A model generated the notes under the pieces. It was given only the letters and a program-made list of their open reading frames with translations. It was not told the origin of the DNA and did no database searches. A stretch of 59,956 nucleotides of DNA, from sequence record OM386652.1; one strand, 5' to 3'. Source of the DNA: Escherichia phage vB_EcoS_ESCO3. Both the position numbers and the translations under genes were made by a program. Each line of letters opens with the position of its first letter. Positions within the stretch are counted from its first letter, which is position 1. Of the stretch, positions 54,357-59,956 are shown in pieces.

Positions 54357-56453
54357 ATGGCAATTCGTTTACAAGGTATTTTAGTTGATGGATTGAATAA
54401 TCCGTTAGTTAATACTACTGTCACACTAATTGCAAGAAGTAACACATTATTAGTGTTAGGTGGAAGTGAAGCTGTATTCCGCACAGATTCAACCGGACAT
54501 TATAATATACAGGTGAACTCCGGACATTATGTGGTTATCGTTGGCCCACAAGGTATCGAACCATATAAAGCTGGTGAGATTGTCCTTTATGCAGATAGTG
54601 CAGACGGGTCACTTAACGGTTATCTTGTTGATTGGGTAGAAGAAGAGCTTACACCGGATATCATCAAGCAGGTACAGGATTTAGTTGCAAGCTCCCAAGA
54701 GTACGCGTTACAAGCAGAACGTGCGGCGTCTTCGGCTAATGCAGATGCTACAGATGCTCGTAACAGCAAAGCGGCGGCCGCCTCATCGGCTTCATCTGCA
54801 TTGACTTATAAGAATGATGCAAAGAAGAGTGCGGATGCTGCTAAAACGTCACAGACTTCCGCTGCTGGTTCTGCAAATACTGCCACTCAAGCTGTGACCA
54901 CAATACAAGGTCTCAAGACTGATGTTGAGAAACTAAAGTCCGATACGCAGACCATTAAAAACAGTGCAGTCACTGAGACTACTAAATTAAAGGATGCTGC
55001 TGCCGCGTCTGCTACACAAGCGGCCAATAGCGCCACAGAAGCTGGTAAGCAGGCCACTAATGCTAGCACGAGCGCAACAAGCGCGAAAAACGACGCAGAC
55101 CGTGCAAAGACGGAAGCTGACCGTGCGGAAGCTGCTGCCAACAACGCACCAGAAATTCAGCCGTTACCAGATGTATGGGTTCCGTTAAATGATTCCCTCG
55201 ATATGATTACGGGATTCTCACCTAGCTATAAAAAGATTATAATCGGTGATGATGAAATAACGATGCCTGGCGATAAGGTTGTAAAGTTTAAACGCGCATC
55301 GAAAGCAACCTATATTAATAAATCTGGTGTGCTGACAGAGGCTGCCATTGACGAGCCACGATTTGAACGTGATGGCCTGCTTATTGAGGGGCAAAGAACA
55401 AACTACATGCTCAATTCGGAAAACCCTGCCAGTTGGGGGCGATCGTCAAATATGGATGTTCCCGAAACCGGGAAGGATAGTTTTGGTTTTACCTATGGAA
55501 AGTTTGTCTGTAACGATTCTCTGATTGGGCAAACCTCAGCCATTAATATGGCATCAATTGCTGCAACAAAGTCAGTTGATGTCTCAGGCGATAATAAATA
55601 CGTGACAACCTCATGTCGTTTTAAAACAGAACTGCAGGTAAGGTTGCGTATCCGGTTTGATAAATATGACGGTAGCGCAACAACTTTTCTTGGTGATGCG
55701 TATATTGATACACAAACGCTTGAAATTAATATGACAGGCGGCGCTGCCTCAAGGATTACAGCGAGAGTCAGAAAGGACGAAGCTACCGGATGGATTTTTG
55801 CAGAGGCAACAATTCAGGCAATTGATGGGGAGTTAAAAATAGGTTCTCAGATACAGTATTCTCCTAAGCAGGGCGGGGCAACCGTATCTGGTGACTATAT
55901 TTATCTGGCCACCCCACAAGTAGAAAATGGGCGTTGTGTATCATCTTTTATTATATCAGGAACGACGGCGGCGACCCGCGCAAGCGATATAGTTACAGTT
56001 CCCATTAAGAATAATCTTTATAATCTTCCTTTTACGGTTCTTTGTGAGGTACATAAGAACTGGTATAAAACGCCAAATGCAGCGCCGCGTGTTTTTGACA
56101 CCGGCGGTCATCAAACCGGAGCGGCAATTATTCTTGGATTCGGTTCTTCAGCAGATTACGACGGATTTCCTTATTGCGATATTGGAGGAGCTAACAGACG
56201 GGTAAACGAAAACGCATTGCTTGAAAAAATGGTTATGGGGATGCGTGTAAAGTCAGATCAGTCTACGTGCTCAGTAAGTAACGGGCGTATATCCAGCCAA
56301 ACAAAAACCACATGGTCCTGTATTCAGAACACCGCAATTATCCGTATTGGAGGCCAGACTACAGCCGGGTTACGTCATTTATTTGGTCATGTCAGGAATT
56401 TCAGAATATGGCACAAGGCATTGACTGATGCTCAGGTGGGGGAGTCAATCTAA
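54357..56453 (+). CDS. side tail fiber protein
   Basis: 698 aa. Conserved-looking tail-fiber N-terminus (MAIRLQGILVDGLNNP...), Ala/Ser/Thr-rich repeat region (...TDARNSKAAAASSASSALTYKNDAKKSADAAK...), divergent C-terminal domain. Confidence 0.6.
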   Translation: MAIRLQGILVDGLNNPLVNTTVTLIARSNTLLVLGGSEAVFRTDSTGHYNIQVNSGHYVVIVGPQGIEPYKAGEIVLYADSADGSLNGYLVDWVEEELTPDIIKQVQDLVASSQEYALQAERAASSANADATDARNSKAAAASSASSALTYKNDAKKSADAAKTSQTSAAGSANTATQAVTTIQGLKTDVEKLKSDTQTIKNSAVTETTKLKDAAAASATQAANSATEAGKQATNASTSATSAKNDADRAKTEADRAEAAANNAPEIQPLPDVWVPLNDSLDMITGFSPSYKKIIIGDDEITMPGDKVVKFKRASKATYINKSGVLTEAAIDEPRFERDGLLIEGQRTNYMLNSENPASWGRSSNMDVPETGKDSFGFTYGKFVCNDSLIGQTSAINMASIAATKSVDVSGDNKYVTTSCRFKTELQVRLRIRFDKYDGSATTFLGDAYIDTQTLEINMTGGAASRITARVRKDEATGWIFAEATIQAIDGELKIGSQIQYSPKQGGATVSGDYIYLATPQVENGRCVSSFIISGTTAATRASDIVTVPIKNNLYNLPFTVLCEVHKNWYKTPNAAPRVFDTGGHQTGAAIILGFGSSADYDGFPYCDIGGANRRVNENALLEKMVMGMRVKSDQSTCSVSNGRISSQTKTTWSCIQNTAIIRIGGQTTAGLRHLFGHVRNFRIWHKALTDAQVGESI

Positions 56454-56734
56454 TGAAAGATTTAACACTCAAATTTGCCGACAGGGCCGACTTTTCGGCC
56501 TTTATGGAGAGTACTGGCTATTATGATGACGAGTCGATGCAGGATGATATTCTTATTGACGTGATAGGTAACGTGTACAAAGAAACCGGAGAACTGAATG
56601 AAGATGGCGAACCGGTATGTGTTAAGGAAGACGGATATTTTGTAAACGTGCGCATCATTAATGATGTGAAAACACCGTCAATATTCGATGAATACGTGGT
56701 TGCTGTTGAGCATCAACTTCGTGGCTGGATGTGA
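56453..56734 (+). CDS. hypothetical protein (possible tail-fiber accessory)
   Basis: 93-aa acidic ORF coupled to the tail fiber genes. Confidence 0.4.
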   Translation: MKDLTLKFADRADFSAFMESTGYYDDESMQDDILIDVIGNVYKETGELNEDGEPVCVKEDGYFVNVRIINDVKTPSIFDEYVVAVEHQLRGWM

Positions 56735-56743
56735 GGAAGAATA

Positions 56744-57799
56744 ATGGCTACATCGACAGTAATTCCTGATGACATCAAAACGCTAAAATCCGATGTTAGT
56801 AAACTAAAAAACGATCAAGGAAGCTACGCAACAAAATCATATGTAGACAGCAAAGATGAAACCGTTGGTGACTGGTCTGCTTCATGGTATCAGCAGGTAT
56901 TGCCAACTAGCGGAGCTATATTTGGGAGAAAACTCCGCTCAACTCACAGGACGGCAGGTGTTGAGGATGCGTATTGCGAACTATACCTCAAAAAATGGAT
57001 AGACAGTCCAGGTAACGCAATGGCGCGCCTTAACCTGAACGATAACGGGACAAACATTTGCTGGGACTTTACCAACCTTTATGGCGGTACGATGATTTTT
57101 CCCGGTGACAGCGGATACCTCAAAATGGGTAACTGCCTTATGTCATACAGCAAGCGTGGAAGTAACGCGCTTATTAAATTTGATTACACCGACACATTAC
57201 AGATCAAATATGCTAATCATGGGTCAACCATGACATTAAACACACAGGGAACCGCTCACGCTGGCGTAACAACTAGACTATGGGGTAATTCTAGCCGTCC
57301 GGTTGTTTATGAAGTTGGCGTAGATGAGGCTCTGTATATGTTCTACGCACAGAAAACTACCAGCAATACCTACGAATTAACGGTTAACGGCGCGTGCAAT
57401 GCAAGTGCATTTAATCAAGGCTCTGACCGGGATCTGAAAGACAATATTCAGGTGATCGATAATGCAACCGACCGCATTCGTAAAATGAACGGCTATACAT
57501 ACACGCTTAAAGAAAACGGTATGCCTTACGCTGGTGTTATTGCACAAGAAACCCTGGAAGCCATCCCCGAAGCCGTAGGGGCTATGATGAAATATCAGGA
57601 CGGTGCAAGCGGATCGGAAGGTGGAGAAGGTGAACGTTATTACACAGTAGATTATTCTGGTATTACTGGCTTGCTTGTTCAGGTAGCCAGAGAGTCAGAT
57701 GACAGAATAACAAAACTAGAGTCCGAAGTCCAGGAACTCAAAGCTATTGTAAAAACTTTGTTAACAGATAGCGACACATCTTCAACTGACTTACCGTAA
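56744..57799 (+). CDS. tail fiber/tailspike protein with C-terminal intramolecular chaperone (S74-like) domain
   Basis: 351 aa. C-terminal SDRDLKDNIQVIDNATDRIRKMNGYTYTLKE...YSGITGLLVQVARE matches the auto-cleaving chaperone domain pattern of phage fibers. Confidence 0.55.
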   Translation: MATSTVIPDDIKTLKSDVSKLKNDQGSYATKSYVDSKDETVGDWSASWYQQVLPTSGAIFGRKLRSTHRTAGVEDAYCELYLKKWIDSPGNAMARLNLNDNGTNICWDFTNLYGGTMIFPGDSGYLKMGNCLMSYSKRGSNALIKFDYTDTLQIKYANHGSTMTLNTQGTAHAGVTTRLWGNSSRPVVYEVGVDEALYMFYAQKTTSNTYELTVNGACNASAFNQGSDRDLKDNIQVIDNATDRIRKMNGYTYTLKENGMPYAGVIAQETLEAIPEAVGAMMKYQDGASGSEGGEGERYYTVDYSGITGLLVQVARESDDRITKLESEVQELKAIVKTLLTDSDTSSTDLP

Positions 57800-57803
57800 G
57801 ATA

Positions 57804-57837
57804 AAAGCGCCTCTAGTATGGCGCTTTTATTTTTTAT
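57804..57837 (+). terminator. rho-independent terminator
   Basis: Stem AAAGCGCC / GGCGCTTT with an 8-nt loop, followed by a long T run. Confidence 0.7.
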
Positions 57838-57903
57838 AATCAATATTTACAAAACAATTTACGCTTTACCTTGCGATTCCCCACTTTTGCTATATGCTTG
57901 CTC

Positions 57904-57921
57904 TGTAACGTAAGAGTTACA
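57904..57921. promoter_or_regulatory. palindromic operator-like site TGTAAC-N6-GTTACA
   Basis: Perfect inverted repeat in the 150-bp intergenic region upstream of gene 57952..58662; same half-sites as the palindrome at 30178-30199. Confidence 0.35.
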
Positions 57922-57951
57922 TCAATTTAACAATCTAAATGGGGAATCCAT

Positions 57952-58662
57952 ATGTCTGACATGACTCTTATTCCGGGCGGTTTGGGTGGCGGTTTCGGTG
58001 GTGAAGCTGGCGCAGCGGCCGTTGGCGGTGGTATCGGTGGCTTAATCGGTTCGTGGATCGGAAATGGTTGGGGTGGCAATGTCGGTTGGGGTGGTCGCGG
58101 CGGTTGGGGTGGTGTCGGTGAAGTTCAGGCTTCCGTAGATACTAACGCAATTCTGCAAGCCATCAATAACGGCAACCTGCAAAACATCCAGGGTCAGAAC
58201 GGTACTAACCTGACTGTCGAACGTTCTTCGGCGTCCACCTTCAACGGCATTACTCAACAGAACACTCAGAACATGCTGGCTTCCGTTCAGGGCTTTGCTG
58301 GTCTGAACACTGAAATTCGCACTGGTACAGCGTCTGTCGTAGCTGCTGTCAATGCTGCGGATGTAAACGCGTTGAACCGTTCCTTCCAGGCTCAGTTAGC
58401 TGCTCAGGAATGTTGCTGCGAGACCAACCTGAACATCGAACGTCAAGCGAACGAAACCCGTGGCCTGATTCGTGATCAGTTTGCTCAGTCTCAAGCTGTT
58501 CTGATCTGTGATCTGAAATCTCAGTTGCAGGAAGCTCGCTTTGCGAACTCTCAGCTGCATCAGACCGCACAGCTTGATTGTAAGATCAATCAGGTTGCAC
58601 AGCTCGTTAACTTCAAGCTGCCAACTCCTCCGACTCCTCCGACCGGTTGCTGTGGTTGCTAA
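57952..58662 (+). CDS. Gly/Trp-rich N-terminal, Cys-rich C-terminal protein of unknown function
   Basis: 236 aa. N-terminus GGLGGGFGGEAGAAAVGGGIGG...GWGGNVGWGGRGGWGG, Q/N-rich middle, C-terminal ECCCE ... GCCGC. Own intergenic promoter region and a downstream hairpin. Confidence 0.5.
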   Translation: MSDMTLIPGGLGGGFGGEAGAAAVGGGIGGLIGSWIGNGWGGNVGWGGRGGWGGVGEVQASVDTNAILQAINNGNLQNIQGQNGTNLTVERSSASTFNGITQQNTQNMLASVQGFAGLNTEIRTGTASVVAAVNAADVNALNRSFQAQLAAQECCCETNLNIERQANETRGLIRDQFAQSQAVLICDLKSQLQEARFANSQLHQTAQLDCKINQVAQLVNFKLPTPPTPPTGCCGC

Positions 58663-58683
58663 GATCCTAAAGTGTGGTCAACT

Positions 58684-58707
58684 AAACGCCTCTCACGGGG
58701 CGTTTTT
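58684..58707 (+). terminator. candidate rho-independent terminator (weak)
   Basis: 7-bp stem AAACGCC / GGCGTTT with an 8-nt loop and a short T run. Confidence 0.4.
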
Positions 58708-58724
58708 AAAAAGAGGTCAGACAT

Positions 58725-59090
58725 ATGGGTCACATTAAATTAGCAACATTTGCGTTACCACATATCCGTCTTCCAATGATTGCTTTGCCGCATCTGGTTT
58801 ACAAGACGGGTGAGCACCATACAGAGGAGCATCACGAACATGATAAACTTCATGCTAGAGATCATGAATCTATGGCAGTTATGGCAGATGTGCATGAGCG
58901 GATGGAACAACCTCCGTCAACTTGGGCGGCGTACAGTAGCAAGTCCGGCGGCATGATGTCAATTGTCGAAATGGAGTATCGTGAACTGATGGAAAAGAAA
59001 GCTGAAGGTTCACATACTGGTGTAGAAAAAGAACTAACTGATCTTGCTGCCGCTTGTATTTGTGCGCTCAAGAAAATGAAAGCGAAGTAA
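58725..59090 (+). CDS. hypothetical His-rich protein, possible MazG-like NTP pyrophosphohydrolase
   Basis: 121 aa. N-terminal HHTEEHHEHDKLHARDHE; C-terminal EMEYRELMEK...EKELTDLAAACI resembles the EExxE...ExxD pattern of MazG-like proteins. Weak. Confidence 0.3.
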   Translation: MGHIKLATFALPHIRLPMIALPHLVYKTGEHHTEEHHEHDKLHARDHESMAVMADVHERMEQPPSTWAAYSSKSGGMMSIVEMEYRELMEKKAEGSHTGVEKELTDLAAACICALKKMKAK

Positions 59091-59106
59091 AAGATAGGAA
59101 GCCGAC

Positions 59107-59655
59107 ATGCAGAACATAAACAATGGTATGGGCGTTACTCAATTCAACGGTATGAAACCGAAAAGCTCCATCAGCGTTGGCGGCGTTGAATGGGCGTTAC
59201 GTCGGGACGCTACCGATTCAACGACTGCATTTCCGCACCAAAAGGTCAGCTGGCTAAATGCTGGTTGCGAACCTATGGCAGATGGTCGGGTTCATTATTG
59301 TTGGATAATGGGTGTGATACCACCAACGCCAGGTACTATCGAACGTCCAGTGAATGTGATGTATGTTGGCTTCCACCAGTTTAAGATCACAATAGCTCCG
59401 AACTCCATTAGCCAATCCGATCTTGATCGTATGCACGTATATGTGAGCGATAATTCTGACTTTGCAGGTGAATTCGTAAGTAAGTTCTTAGGTCTGGAAC
59501 CCGCGCAGCCTGTAGAATCCCGTGAGAGTATTAGCCCATGGCCACCAACGATAGATCAGAGCGTGTTACACGCGAATCCGCAAACTCCAGAACCTCAGGC
59601 ACAACCTCAACCGCAAACTGTGGTCAAGCCAGAGCAGAAAGGTGAAGCTAAATGA
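59107..59655 (+). CDS. hypothetical protein
   Basis: 182 aa with a Pro/Gln-rich C-terminus. Confidence 0.45.
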   Translation: MQNINNGMGVTQFNGMKPKSSISVGGVEWALRRDATDSTTAFPHQKVSWLNAGCEPMADGRVHYCWIMGVIPPTPGTIERPVNVMYVGFHQFKITIAPNSISQSDLDRMHVYVSDNSDFAGEFVSKFLGLEPAQPVESRESISPWPPTIDQSVLHANPQTPEPQAQPQPQTVVKPEQKGEAK

Positions 59656-59921
59656 CGAAGAACGAAGGTATTGATAAAGTAGTTCAGCAACTGGCAATAC
59701 GTGCCCATGTTGTAGTAGACGAAGGTCATTCCGAATTAGACATCCTAAAGTCCGCTTTCAATGACTTCAAATCCATGGGCTCTTTAACTGGTATTATGTC
59801 AGTAATGAGCTCAGGTAAATTAACTCAGCAACAAGTTGATGTTGCACAACGTATTGCTGTAAAGGTCTTGGCTGTGCTAGGCATCCAAGAATCAAATAAA
59901 AAACAAGAAAAAGAAGAATAA
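59652..59921 (+). CDS. hypothetical protein
   Basis: 89-aa ORF, translationally coupled to the previous gene. Confidence 0.45.
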   Translation: MTKNEGIDKVVQQLAIRAHVVVDEGHSELDILKSAFNDFKSMGSLTGIMSVMSSGKLTQQQVDVAQRIAVKVLAVLGIQESNKKQEKEE

Positions 59922-59956
59922 ACAGAGGCAACGTGTGGCATTTTGGGGCATTTTAT

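Noticed and set aside
54887-55144. 85-aa minus-strand Ala-rich ORF inside the side tail fiber gene
   Set aside because: Antisense shadow of the Ala/Ser/Thr repeat region of the tail fiber gene.
1-59956. Lysogeny module (integrase, CI-like repressor, excisionase) or attachment site
   Set aside because: No tyrosine/serine recombinase motifs or repressor-like peptidase-S24 ORF found in any frame; gene content is consistent with a virulent phage.

Overview
The window looks like an essentially genome-length (~60 kb) tailed dsDNA phage of siphovirus type, with two divergently transcribed arms. The left arm (36..29807) runs almost entirely on the minus strand and carries replication, recombination and nucleotide-metabolism genes: a family-B-like DNA polymerase, a beta-clamp-like protein, an SF2 helicase, an AEP-type primase, a Cas4/RecB-like exonuclease, a Sak4-like ATPase, DNA ligase, RNase H and dUTPase. 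It also carries a complete 7-deazaguanine DNA-modification cluster (dpdA, folE, queD, a Gat-QueC fusion, queE) and many small early genes. The right arm (30564..59921) runs on the plus strand and carries a lysis region (spanin pair, membrane proteins, peptidases), terminase small and large subunits, portal, scaffold, major capsid, head-tail connector genes, major tail protein, frameshifted tail chaperones, tape measure, lambda-J-like central fiber and side tail fibers, with well-formed intrinsic terminators after the highly expressed structural genes. Two unusually large non-coding regions (about 26614..27652 and 29862..30563) hold dense short repeats, candidate promoters and palindromes. No integrase, repressor, tRNA or CRISPR array was recognised, so the phage is probably virulent. 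The organisation resembles 9g/Seurat-like coliphages, but taxonomy is unverified. All calls come from motif reading of the supplied ORF translations and sequence; no database search was run.
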